Assembly: GCA_036676395.1 (NCBI GenBank)
Contig: JAKFCY010000002.1
Location: 2,304,001 to 2,368,000 of the forward strand
Reading direction: 5' to 3'
Source of the DNA: Bdellovibrio sp.
GTDB taxonomy: Bacteria > Bdellovibrionota > Bdellovibrionia > Bdellovibrionales > Bdellovibrionaceae
Length of the DNA stretch: 64,000 nucleotides
Numbering within the stretch: position 1 is the stretch's first letter; each line of letters starts with the position of its first letter. Positions 11,126 through 19,810 of this stretch are shown here, piece after piece. The notes under the pieces are model-generated. The model had not been told where the DNA came from. It did not search any database and saw only the letters and a list, made by a program, of their open reading frames with translations. The translations under genes and the position numbers were made by a program.

Positions 11126-12226
11126 TTATTTTTTCTTCTTTGTTGCTACTACTGGCTCAACATAAAGCTGACTGATGCGAGTTAAGGCACCTACCTCGAT
11201 AGAATCGTCCTCACGAGGGTTTAAAACGCGGGCCTTAGCCATTAAGTTTCCGGCATCTTCGATTTCGATAATCCAAGGGTCGTTTGTGACCGACACCGAA
11301 CCTAATAACACACTGCCTTCACCGCAAGGTTCGCCCATCCAATCATGGACTTCGTTTTCAACTTTTAAGCGGTCACCCTTTTTAAGACCAAGCTCTGCCC
11401 CACCCACGATAACTACATAATTATCACGACTGATCAAAATTCTTGTGTGCCATTCTTGGCGATCTAATGATTTAAGTTTTGCTGAAATATCTTTGATGGA
11501 TTGTTTTAATCCTTTTAAAACAGTTTCGGCCATTCCCGTTACCCGGTAAAATTCTGGACCAATATGAATAATTCCTAAATCGATTCCAAAACCTGCAGAG
11601 TAATCTTTCTTGATCACTTCTGAGTTTACCGCAGCCATTTGTTGCGAGCTCCATGGATCATAAGCATGAAAACTTAAATCCATGCGCATTTTATCCATTT
11701 TAAATTTTGCCGTTAACGGAATTTGCACGGCCGTTGAGTTAAAACCGAATTGCAAATTCATACCTGAATAGGCTTCTAATGAATTAATTTTTCCGTATAG
11801 TAAATGTTGTGGACGAGAAACTAAACAGCTTGAATCACGTGATAGTTGCACTTCACTGGCCTTCATCGTTGGAAACCAAGTTTTAAGCTGTGCCATTTGT
11901 TTATTTTCTACAGATGTCTTTTGTAAACCCGTATTCATTCCTTGAGTGGATTGATCTGGCTTGGGATAAACGTTGCGTTCAAACATTGATTCTTCTTCAA
12001 AGATCACGCCCGAGAACTGGCTTTGCGCCACTTCTGAAAAGTTAAATCCAGCATTATCTAAAAACGACGAAGCTTCTACTTTTAAAACTTGCACGTTTTT
12101 TTTAAGCTGTCTGACTTTTACAGGCTCCTCTTTGCACTTTTGATTGGCCATAGTTAATAAGGCCAACGACATTAATGTAGCTACCGACAATAATTTTCTA
12201 CCATTGATGTAAGACATCAACTCCAC
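11126..12226 (-). CDS. Exported hypothetical protein, possible CsgG/FlgT-like lipoprotein
   Basis: Hydrophobic N-terminus ending MANQKC; C-terminal VVIVGGAELGLKKGDRLKV resembles a FlgT C-terminal domain (by eye). Confidence 0.55.
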   Translation of the reverse strand: MELMSYINGRKLLSVATLMSLALLTMANQKCKEEPVKVRQLKKNVQVLKVEASSFLDNAGFNFSEVAQSQFSGVIFEEESMFERNVYPKPDQSTQGMNTGLQKTSVENKQMAQLKTWFPTMKASEVQLSRDSSCLVSRPQHLLYGKINSLEAYSGMNLQFGFNSTAVQIPLTAKFKMDKMRMDLSFHAYDPWSSQQMAAVNSEVIKKDYSAGFGIDLGIIHIGPEFYRVTGMAETVLKGLKQSIKDISAKLKSLDRQEWHTRILISRDNYVVIVGGAELGLKKGDRLKVENEVHDWMGEPCGEGSVLLGSVSVTNDPWIIEIEDAGNLMAKARVLNPREDDSIEVGALTRISQLYVEPVVATKKKK

Positions 12227-12358
12227 CTTTACTGTCCAGCTACAGAGATTACATGAATACCCCAGACAAAGAGCTAGTTCGGTAAATTTTTCCTAGACCT
12301 AAAGGAGTTTGGAACAATTAAAACATAAGATTAAGAATATGAAAAAAGTTTGTACAAT

Positions 12359-12389
12359 AAAAAAAGGATTGCTGGTTACGCAATCCTTT
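12359..12389 (-). terminator. Rho-independent terminator after clpB-OMP
   Basis: AAAGGATTGC-N7-GCAATCCTTT stem followed by a T run on the minus strand. Confidence 0.8.
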
Positions 12390-12412
12390 AAAGAAAATTA
12401 TGTAACGATAAG

Positions 12413-12916
12413 TTATTTTCCGAAACTTGTATTTCCAGAAATATTGATGAAATAACTTACATCTTCGCTTTTTAAAACATTACCGTCTGAATCAAGACGA
12501 GGCTTATCATATTTTAGGTATTTTGCTCCACCGCTTAAGCCAACTCCTGAGAAGTTCACACCTAGACCGGCTTCACCAATGACCGCATTGTTTATTTCTT
12601 TACTTGTCCAGCGATAACCAGGCCCTAAGAAGAAGTGGGCTCCGCCGCTTTGTGCGAATTTAGTTCTTAGAACTAAACGCATAGTTGAATCTAAGCCTGT
12701 GTAGGTTTCCATTTTTGAACCGGATCTTTGAAAACCTGAATTGCGCCAAGTCAGCCAGTCAGTGAAATTTAGGTTTATACCTAAATGAACTTCTTGGTAA
12801 GTTGTGCCGTTGTTATTGCCTGAAGATCCCCCGAGATCACCAGTGACCAGCGGGGTGTCTTTAGCAAACGTTGTAGATAAGGATAAACTAACTAAAAGAA
12901 ATAGAATTATTTTCAT
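12413..12916 (-). CDS. Exported protein, probable small outer-membrane beta-barrel
   Basis: Signal peptide; alternating Gly/aromatic beta-strand pattern; overlaps the clpB 3' end. Confidence 0.6.
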   Translation of the reverse strand: MKIILFLLVSLSLSTTFAKDTPLVTGDLGGSSGNNNGTTYQEVHLGINLNFTDWLTWRNSGFQRSGSKMETYTGLDSTMRLVLRTKFAQSGGAHFFLGPGYRWTSKEINNAVIGEAGLGVNFSGVGLSGGAKYLKYDKPRLDSDGNVLKSEDVSYFINISGNTSFGK

Positions 12917-15434
12917 AATCTATTTTTACCACAGAATCAGCCTTGATATCACCTGCAATCATTTTTTTCGCTAGTGGATTTAAGACTTCTGTCTGGATAA
13001 TTCTTTTTAGTGGTCTTGCGCCAAACACTGGATCAAAACCTTTTTCGCCCAGGTAATTAATGACATTATCACCGAAACTAACTTTGATATTTTTCTGCGC
13101 TAATCTTTGCACGACTTGCTGCAATTGAATTTTTACGATGCCCGCTAAGTTATCTTTACTTAATGATTTGAATTCAATCACGTCGTCAACCCGGTTTAAA
13201 AACTCAGGACGAAAGAAAGTTTTAAGCGCTGTTTGAATAGCTTCGCTGCCTTGGCTTGCGCCTAAGTTTGAAGTCATCACAATCACTGTGTTTTTAAAAT
13301 CAACAGTGCGCCCCTGCCCGTCAGTTAAACGGCCTTCATCCAAGAGTTGTAATAAAACATTAAACACATCGGGATGTGCCTTTTCGATTTCATCTAGTAA
13401 AATCACTGCATAAGGTTTACGACGAACGACTTCTGTTAATTGGCCGCCCTCTTCGTAACCCACATACCCCGGAGGCGCGCCGATTAAACGCGATACCGAA
13501 TGTTTTTCCATGTACTCAGACATATCAATGCGCACTACAGCCGCTGGATCATCAAATAAAAAATCGGCTAAGGCTTTTACAGTTTCAGTTTTACCCACAC
13601 CTGTAGGGCCAACAAAAATAAAAGTTCCGATTGGACGATTTGGATCAGCGATTTCAGCACGCGATCTTCGAACCGCATCTGCGATCACCTCTAAAGCCTG
13701 ATCTTGGCCGACGACTTTATTTTTTAAAGCGTCTTCCATATGTAATAGCTTTTGCATTTCGCTCTCTAACATACGGTTCACCGGAATGTGCGTCCATTTA
13801 GAAACCACGTCAGCGATATCTTCAGCGTCGACTTTTTCTTTTAACAGCGCACCGTCTTTGGTTTGCAGTTTACTTTCAAGGTCTGCTAGCTTTTTTTCGA
13901 CTTCAGGAAGTTTACCGTATTTTAGCTGCGCAGCTTTTTCGTACTGGGCATCACGCTCGGCACGGCTAATTTCGTTACGAATTTGTTCGATGTCTGATTT
14001 TAATAATTTAACGTTATCAATCTGACTGCGTTCGAAGTTCCATTTTTCACGCAAGGCCTGCGCTTTAACTTGCAAGTCTTTTAATTCTGATGAAATTTTA
14101 TCTTTACGTTCGATCGATTGTTTATCGTTATCTTTTTTTAACGCTTCTAACTCGATTTTGTAATTTAAAATTTGGCGCTCAATTTGATCGACTTCTTCGG
14201 GCACACTGCGATTTTCGATACCTAACTTACTAGCTGCTTCATCAATAAGATCGATGGCCTTATCTGGTAAGAACCGATTTGTAATATAGCGATGTGAAAG
14301 TTTAGCCGCAGCAATGATCGCAGCATCTGTGATTTGTACGCCGTGATGAACTTCGTATTTTTCTTTAAGACCACGTAAGATCGTGATTGTTTCATCAACT
14401 GTGGGTTCATCAACTAAGACTGTTTGAAAACGGCGCTCTAAGGCCGCATCTTTTTCAATGTACTGACGATATTCATCTAATGTTGTCGCACCGATACAAC
14501 GAAGCTCACCGCGTGATAATGCTGGCTTTAATAATTGCCCTGCATCCATCGCTCCTTCGCCCTTACCCGCTCCAACTAGCGTATGCAATTCATCGATAAA
14601 TAAAATTATTTCGCCGTGGCTTGTGGTCACTTCTTTGATCACAGCTTTTAAACGGTCTTCAAATTCACCGCGATATTTGGCGCCGGCGATTAATGCTCCC
14701 ATATCAAGAGCCATTAATTTTTTACCTACTAAATGATCAGGCACATCTTTTTTAATAATACGTAAAGCCATACCTTCAGCGATAGCCGTTTTACCAACGC
14801 CGGGCTCGCCGATTAAAACTGGATTATTTTTTGTACGACGTGATAAGACCTGAATCACGCGGCGAATTTCTTCGTCACGACCGACAACAGGATCTAGTTT
14901 TCCTTCAGCAGCTAAAGCTGTCAGATCACGGGCATATTTTTTTAAGACTTCGTATTGGTTTTCTGGCTCATCTGTGGTCACTCTTTGATGACCACGTACT
15001 TTTTTTAAGGCTTCTACGATAGAAGCTTTTTTTAATCCTGCAGCTTCGACAACTTTCCTTAAACCATTATCATCAATTTTAAACAAAGCTAAAAGAAAAT
15101 GCTCAGTTGAAATCAACTCATCTTGTAATTCAACCATTTCAGCTTCAGCGTATTTAAATAATTTCTGCAACCGAGGGCTTGCATAAATATTTGATTGCGC
15201 TTGCGACAACTGTGGAAATTGGCTAATGGCTTTATTCAAAGGTGTGATTAAAGTTACAGGTTGAACTTTAGCTTCTTGTAAAACGCGCGGAACTACGCCG
15301 TCGTCTTGTTCAACTAATTCTAGTATTAAATGTTCTGGTTCGACTGAAGAGTTCTTTTTACTCTCGGCAAGTTTTGCGGCCGCTTGCATGGCTTCTTGGC
15401 TTCTTCTGGTCATTTTTTGGATTTCATTACTCAT
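12888..15434 (-). CDS. clpB: Chaperone ClpB
   Basis: Two AAA+ modules ([16 protein letters not shown]), KYRG and GYVG pore loops, coiled-coil middle domain. Confidence 0.98.
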   Translation of the reverse strand: MSNEIQKMTRRSQEAMQAAAKLAESKKNSSVEPEHLILELVEQDDGVVPRVLQEAKVQPVTLITPLNKAISQFPQLSQAQSNIYASPRLQKLFKYAEAEMVELQDELISTEHFLLALFKIDDNGLRKVVEAAGLKKASIVEALKKVRGHQRVTTDEPENQYEVLKKYARDLTALAAEGKLDPVVGRDEEIRRVIQVLSRRTKNNPVLIGEPGVGKTAIAEGMALRIIKKDVPDHLVGKKLMALDMGALIAGAKYRGEFEDRLKAVIKEVTTSHGEIILFIDELHTLVGAGKGEGAMDAGQLLKPALSRGELRCIGATTLDEYRQYIEKDAALERRFQTVLVDEPTVDETITILRGLKEKYEVHHGVQITDAAIIAAAKLSHRYITNRFLPDKAIDLIDEAASKLGIENRSVPEEVDQIERQILNYKIELEALKKDNDKQSIERKDKISSELKDLQVKAQALREKWNFERSQIDNVKLLKSDIEQIRNEISRAERDAQYEKAAQLKYGKLPEVEKKLADLESKLQTKDGALLKEKVDAEDIADVVSKWTHIPVNRMLESEMQKLLHMEDALKNKVVGQDQALEVIADAVRRSRAEIADPNRPIGTFIFVGPTGVGKTETVKALADFLFDDPAAVVRIDMSEYMEKHSVSRLIGAPPGYVGYEEGGQLTEVVRRKPYAVILLDEIEKAHPDVFNVLLQLLDEGRLTDGQGRTVDFKNTVIVMTSNLGASQGSEAIQTALKTFFRPEFLNRVDDVIEFKSLSKDNLAGIVKIQLQQVVQRLAQKNIKVSFGDNVINYLGEKGFDPVFGARPLKRIIQTEVLNPLAKKMIAGDIKADSVVKIDYENNSISFS

Positions 15435-15538
15435 CTGTTTACCTCTGTGACTCCGTCACAAGTGACCTCTATGGTTTCACCATACTTAAGCATGAGTTAT
15501 AGATTGCATTTGTCAACCCGAGGTCCTATATAAATCTT

Positions 15539-15799
15539 ATGTCTAAAGCTAATGCTAAAAACCCTATAAAACAGTCCCCATCTCGCATTAGACCATCTAT
15601 GAAAAAAGATGTTATTCACCCTCGTGATTTCAACGCCTATAAGATTCCTTTTGCCTGCGAAGACTGCTCCCATTTCGCCTCTGAAACAATAACATGCACA
15701 TTAGGCTTTAATACCAAAAATCATTTACGTGCAAACTCTCTTCACTCCTACGAGTTGAGCGGGAAAATTGCTCAATGCCGTTTTCTTGAAATCGACTAA
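15539..15799 (+). CDS. Small Cys-rich hypothetical protein
   Basis: CEDCSHF...CTLG...CRF; ATG start, overlaps the next gene. Confidence 0.65.
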   Translation: MSKANAKNPIKQSPSRIRPSMKKDVIHPRDFNAYKIPFACEDCSHFASETITCTLGFNTKNHLRANSLHSYELSGKIAQCRFLEID

Positions 15800-16412
15800 A
15801 TTAAAAAAATCATTCTATCAACGAGACACTACTCTGGTCGCCCGCGAATTATTAGGTAAACGTCTAGTACATGTCGTAAATGGCAAAAGACTATCAGGTA
15901 TTATTACGGAAACAGAAGCCTACTTAGGAATCAAAGATCGCGGTTGCCATACCTTTGGTAACAAAAAAACCAAGCGCACTGAAAGTATGTATCTGCCCGG
16001 TGGCCATAGTTATGTATATTTAATTTATGGCATCTATGATTGTCTAAATGTCGTTACCCAAAAAGTGGACATTCCCGAAGCCGTGCTGATTCGCGCACTA
16101 GAACCTGATGAAGGTCTAATAAGCATGGCGAAAAATCGCAAACTGAAAAATTTTGATCCAGAAAATAAAAAACATTTGTGGAGTCTGACAACTGGGCCAG
16201 GCAAATTAGCACAAGCCTTAAAGATCACGCGCAATCATAATGAGTTATTGCTTACAGATGATCAGTTATTCATTGAAGATATCGCCACAAAAATAAAACC
16301 ATCACAGATTATCGCATCACCGCGCATAGGAATTGATTACGCCCAAGAGGCAAAGCACTGGGAATTACGATTCACGATTAAAGATAATTTCTACATCTCG
16401 CGCAAACCTTAG
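15768..16412 (+). CDS. mpg: DNA-3-methyladenine glycosylase (AAG/Mpg family); true start possibly TTG 15786
   Basis: ITETEAYLG, YVYLIYG, AVLIRALEP, GPGKL, PRIGI. Confidence 0.95.
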   Translation: MLNAVFLKSTKLKKSFYQRDTTLVARELLGKRLVHVVNGKRLSGIITETEAYLGIKDRGCHTFGNKKTKRTESMYLPGGHSYVYLIYGIYDCLNVVTQKVDIPEAVLIRALEPDEGLISMAKNRKLKNFDPENKKHLWSLTTGPGKLAQALKITRNHNELLLTDDQLFIEDIATKIKPSQIIASPRIGIDYAQEAKHWELRFTIKDNFYISRKP

Positions 16413-16575
16413 TGCGTGCGGTTTTCCTGACGCCCGACTTGACTCGACGAATATTCCACAGACTGATACTAAGCCTCGTCGAGTCTTAAGACTGACGTGT
16501 TGAAATCAATACTTTCAGAGGGAAAACACGACTAGAAAAAATAATTTAAATTACATTTTCTATTCTAACATCCTG

Positions 16576-16602
16576 TCAAGATTCACCCACAGACACCGAA
16601 AA
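16576..16602 (+). promoter_or_regulatory. Putative sigma28 (FliA) promoter of flagellin
   Basis: TCAA-N15-ACCGAAAA vs consensus TAAA-N15-GCCGATAA, upstream of fliC. Confidence 0.65.
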
Positions 16603-16881
16603 CTAAGATAAGTAATAAATCAAGAGACTGGATGTCTCTAAGAACAAGGTCATGCAATCACGCAAGACATGTTCTCTATCTTTTTGAGGGGAGGCTTCAA
16701 GGACGAATTACGGATGAACTAAAAATTGAAGGAATATTAAATAGGCAGCGCCACATAACAATACCCATGGTGGGTACTCTAGGCGCGAAAGAGATTGCTA
16801 GGATGCAGTCTTTACGAAAACAACACACGGAAGGAATTAGATATGAAAAATACAACTTAAAAAGATTAAAAGGAATTTACA

Positions 16882-17712
16882 ATGGGATTAAGAATTTCAA
16901 CAAACGTAGCAGCTATCAACACACAACGTAACATGAGCAACAGCCAACGCTTAATGCAGTCATCATCGGCGCAATTAGCTTCTGGTTCTCGTATTAACAA
17001 AGCAGCAGATGATGCTGCCGGCTTAGCGATCTCAGAAACTATGCGTGGACAAATTAGATCTGCAATTCAAGCAAAACGTAATGCAAACGATGCGATCTCT
17101 TTAGTGCAAACTGCTGAGGGTGGCTTAGGCGAAATCTCTAACATCTTGATTCGTCAACGTGAGTTAGCGATCCAAGCAGCATCTGACACGATCGGTGATC
17201 AAGAGCGTTCGTTAATCCAAACTGAAATCGCACAGTTAAAAGATGAGACTCAACGTATCGGCAAATCAACTCGTTGGAACTCAACATCATTACTTGATGG
17301 TTCTTCTCCGGCATTCGATTTTCAGATTGGTATGTTCTCGACTGAATTTGATAAGATCACTTTCGATGCAGCAAGCAATGTTGCAACAGTAGATGCTTTA
17401 GGTATCGCTGATTTAGATTTTAGTAAACGCGATACGGCTCGTTCTTCGATTGACACTATCGAAGCAGCTCAACAAAGAGTAAATGCAATGAGAGCAAACT
17501 TAGGTGCCTTACAAAATCGTATGACTTCTACAGTAGATACATTAGCGATCACTGAAGAAAACTTAGCTGCAGCAAATTCACGTATCCGTGATACTGACGT
17601 AGCATCTGCGACTTCTGATATGGCTCGTAATACAGTGTTGTTACAAGCAGGTACTGCAACATTAGCCCAAGCTAACCAATCAACGCAGTTAGCGTTGAAG
17701 TTAATTGGCTAA
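16882..17712 (+). CDS. fliC: Flagellin (short, D0/D1 only)
   Basis: LASGSRINKAADDAAGLAISE, RANLGALQNR, SRIRDTD; 276 aa. Confidence 0.98.
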   Translation: MGLRISTNVAAINTQRNMSNSQRLMQSSSAQLASGSRINKAADDAAGLAISETMRGQIRSAIQAKRNANDAISLVQTAEGGLGEISNILIRQRELAIQAASDTIGDQERSLIQTEIAQLKDETQRIGKSTRWNSTSLLDGSSPAFDFQIGMFSTEFDKITFDAASNVATVDALGIADLDFSKRDTARSSIDTIEAAQQRVNAMRANLGALQNRMTSTVDTLAITEENLAAANSRIRDTDVASATSDMARNTVLLQAGTATLAQANQSTQLALKLIG

Positions 17713-17785
17713 TATTGACGGATTAATATACAGCTGACCTAGATGAAATCTAGGGACTTCAAAAATTATGTCAACTTAGTTGACG

Positions 17786-17820
17786 AAAAAAAGCCGATCA
17801 CTATGATCGGCTTTTTTTTT
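17786..17820 (+). terminator. Rho-independent terminator after fliC
   Basis: AAGCCGATCA-CTA-TGATCGGCTT plus T run. Confidence 0.92.
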
Positions 17821-17832
17821 AGAATAAACACT

Positions 17833-17859
17833 TAAGTGAACTAGACCTTGGTCCGATAA
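17833..17859 (+). promoter_or_regulatory. Putative sigma28 (FliA) promoter
   Basis: TAAG-N15-TCCGATAA, 18 nt before ATG 17878. Confidence 0.7.
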
Positions 17860-17877
17860 TTTTGGGCGAGGTAATCC

Positions 17878-18633
17878 ATGAAACTTAAAATTACACTTCT
17901 TACACTAGTGACCTTATTAACGGCTTGTGGTGGTTCTGTACCTGAACTTAAATCGTTAGATCAAGGTGGCCAAGGACAAACAGGCTTAGGTACTGATAAC
18001 CCCGATGTTCCAACTCCAACTAATCCTAGTATTGATTCAGTAGATATGAAAAGTCGCGTCGACGATTCGTCTAATAAATTAGGCTTCAACGGCGCCTTAG
18101 CATTAGATATTGATAAAACTCGTGGCGAATTCGTAATTATGTTACCTATGCCTTCGGGCGTAGTATTCACTCCATCAGGTACATTTAATAAGTATCCCGA
18201 TATCTCGTTTACTCCGGTTTTTGATGGTACAGGTAAAATGAAAATGGCCGTTCGTGTTCCTATAAAATATATCTTAAAAGGAATCACAACTGTACCCGCT
18301 ACCCGTTTGCCGAATGGTGATCCATTACCGGCAATGCCTGCAGGGCAAAATGAGTTACCCAGCTTAGCTTTAAGTTTTCCGTCGAATAACAACACGAAGA
18401 TTAATCTTTATATTGGCTTAAGTGCTTTCGGCCTTTTTATGACATTGCCAGATAAAGCAGCACTTCCGATACCTATCAATATCACGGTGCCGATCAAAAA
18501 TGCTGATAAGAGCAAAACTTTTGGATATTTGACCTACGTCAATGCGAAAAGTGGCCACCAACCAGGGCTTTTTATGTCTGGGGTAGTACCTCCTGAGTTT
18601 GCGCGCATCCTTGAAGACCATTTTGGACTTTAA
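17878..18633 (+). CDS. Hypothetical lipoprotein
   Basis: Lipobox LTAC; SD GAGG; Pro-rich LPNGDPLP motif. Confidence 0.8.
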   Translation: MKLKITLLTLVTLLTACGGSVPELKSLDQGGQGQTGLGTDNPDVPTPTNPSIDSVDMKSRVDDSSNKLGFNGALALDIDKTRGEFVIMLPMPSGVVFTPSGTFNKYPDISFTPVFDGTGKMKMAVRVPIKYILKGITTVPATRLPNGDPLPAMPAGQNELPSLALSFPSNNNTKINLYIGLSAFGLFMTLPDKAALPIPINITVPIKNADKSKTFGYLTYVNAKSGHQPGLFMSGVVPPEFARILEDHFGL

Positions 18634-18724
18634 TAACATCTAGTTCCAAGCACCTAGCTCTTGCTTACGAGTTTATTTTTCTCTAGTCTTATGAGTGTTT
18701 TCGTTTAACAAATGGAGAATTCAT

Positions 18725-19264
18725 ATGGCTAAGAAAAAACCTGCAAAAAAAGTTGTAAAAAAAGCGGCTCCGAAAAAAGCTGCTCCTAAAAAAGTAACAG
18801 CAAAAAAGGCTGCGAAAAAAGCGGCTCCTAAAGCTAAAAAAGCTGCTAAACCAGCTCCTAAAAAAGTTGTAAAAAAAGCGGCTGCAAAGCCCGCTAAAAA
18901 AGCCGCTAAACCAGCAGCAAAAAAAGCGGCTCCGAAAAAAGCGACTGCAAAGCCCGCTAAAAAAGCGGCTAAACCAGCAGCCAAAAAAGTTGCGGCTATC
19001 GTAGCTCCTTTACAAACATCTTTTTCTGATATCGATTCTGAGTTTGATGACGAATTAGAATTAGATGCAATGGTTGGCGATGAAGACCCTTTAGAAGACG
19101 CTGAACCTTTAGATGAAGACGATGAAGAAGAAGGTGAAGGTGAAGGTTTCGAAACTTTAGAAGCTGAAGACGCTGAAGAAGATTTAGAAGAAGACATCGA
19201 AGAAGACAGCATTCTAACTGCTGACGAAGAAGAAGAAAATGATGATGACGAAGGTTACATCTAG
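18725..19264 (+). CDS. Histone H1-like Lys/Ala/Pro-repeat protein with acidic C-terminal half
   Basis: ATG 18725 with SD GGAG; PAKK/AAKK repeats then D/E-rich tail; own terminator. Confidence 0.85.
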   Translation: MAKKKPAKKVVKKAAPKKAAPKKVTAKKAAKKAAPKAKKAAKPAPKKVVKKAAAKPAKKAAKPAAKKAAPKKATAKPAKKAAKPAAKKVAAIVAPLQTSFSDIDSEFDDELELDAMVGDEDPLEDAEPLDEDDEEEGEGEGFETLEAEDAEEDLEEDIEEDSILTADEEEENDDDEGYI

Positions 19265-19293
19265 ATTTTAATTTTACTAAAAAATTAATGAGT

Positions 19294-19322
19294 CAAAAAG
19301 CCCTCCGCGTGAGGGCTTTTTG
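19294..19322 (+). terminator. Rho-independent terminator
   Basis: CAAAAAGCCCTC-N5-GAGGGCTTTTTG. Confidence 0.88.
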
Positions 19323-19393
19323 CATATTTGAGGCACAATAGTACGAAGTTTACCTGTTTTGCCCTGCACAACTATTGCAGAGTTTAAAAGGTA

Positions 19394-19810
19394 ATGAATG
19401 AACTCTCATCGGAAGATGTAAAATATCTGCATTCGAAACACATTCACCCAATCATGGTTATCGAAGATGATGACGATATTCGAGAACTTATGAAAGCTAT
19501 GTTGGAAGCCGAAGGTTATTACCCGATCACGGCCACCAACGGCAAAGAAGGTTTAGCTCTCCTTTCGCAAATTCCAAAACCTTGCATGATCTTATTAGAT
19601 ATGATGATGCCGGTTATGGATGGCTGGACATTTTCTGAAGAAGCCAAAAAAAATTCTCTTTATAAAAGTATCCCGTTATTAGCCGTCACAGCCTTTGCCG
19701 ACCAAATCACAAGTAAAGAAAATTTCTACGGTGTTTTAAAAAAACCCATTCGCATTGATTTACTTTTAGATATTGTTCGCCATCACTGCCCGAGCGAAAA
19801 ACTGCAATGA
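19394..19810 (+). CDS. Single-domain response regulator
   Basis: IEDDDD, LLDMMMPVMDG, VTA, KKP. Confidence 0.92.
   Translation: MNELSSEDVKYLHSKHIHPIMVIEDDDDIRELMKAMLEAEGYYPITATNGKEGLALLSQIPKPCMILLDMMMPVMDGWTFSEEAKKNSLYKSIPLLAVTAFADQITSKENFYGVLKKPIRIDLLLDIVRHHCPSEKLQ

Noticed and set aside
15435..15538. CIRCE or HAIR operator upstream of clpB
   Set aside because: No TTAGCACTC-N9-GAGTGCTAA or CTTGAGT-N7-ACTCAAG; only a TTGACA -35 box is evident
16632..16931. 99-aa ORF upstream of and overlapping fliC
   Set aside because: No SD, no recognisable motif, out-of-frame overlap with fliC; better explained as a structured leader, though a regulatory uORF is not excluded
18721..19212. 163-aa hydrophobic antisense ORF
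   Set aside because: Mirror of the low-complexity Lys/Ala and Asp/Glu codons on the plus strand
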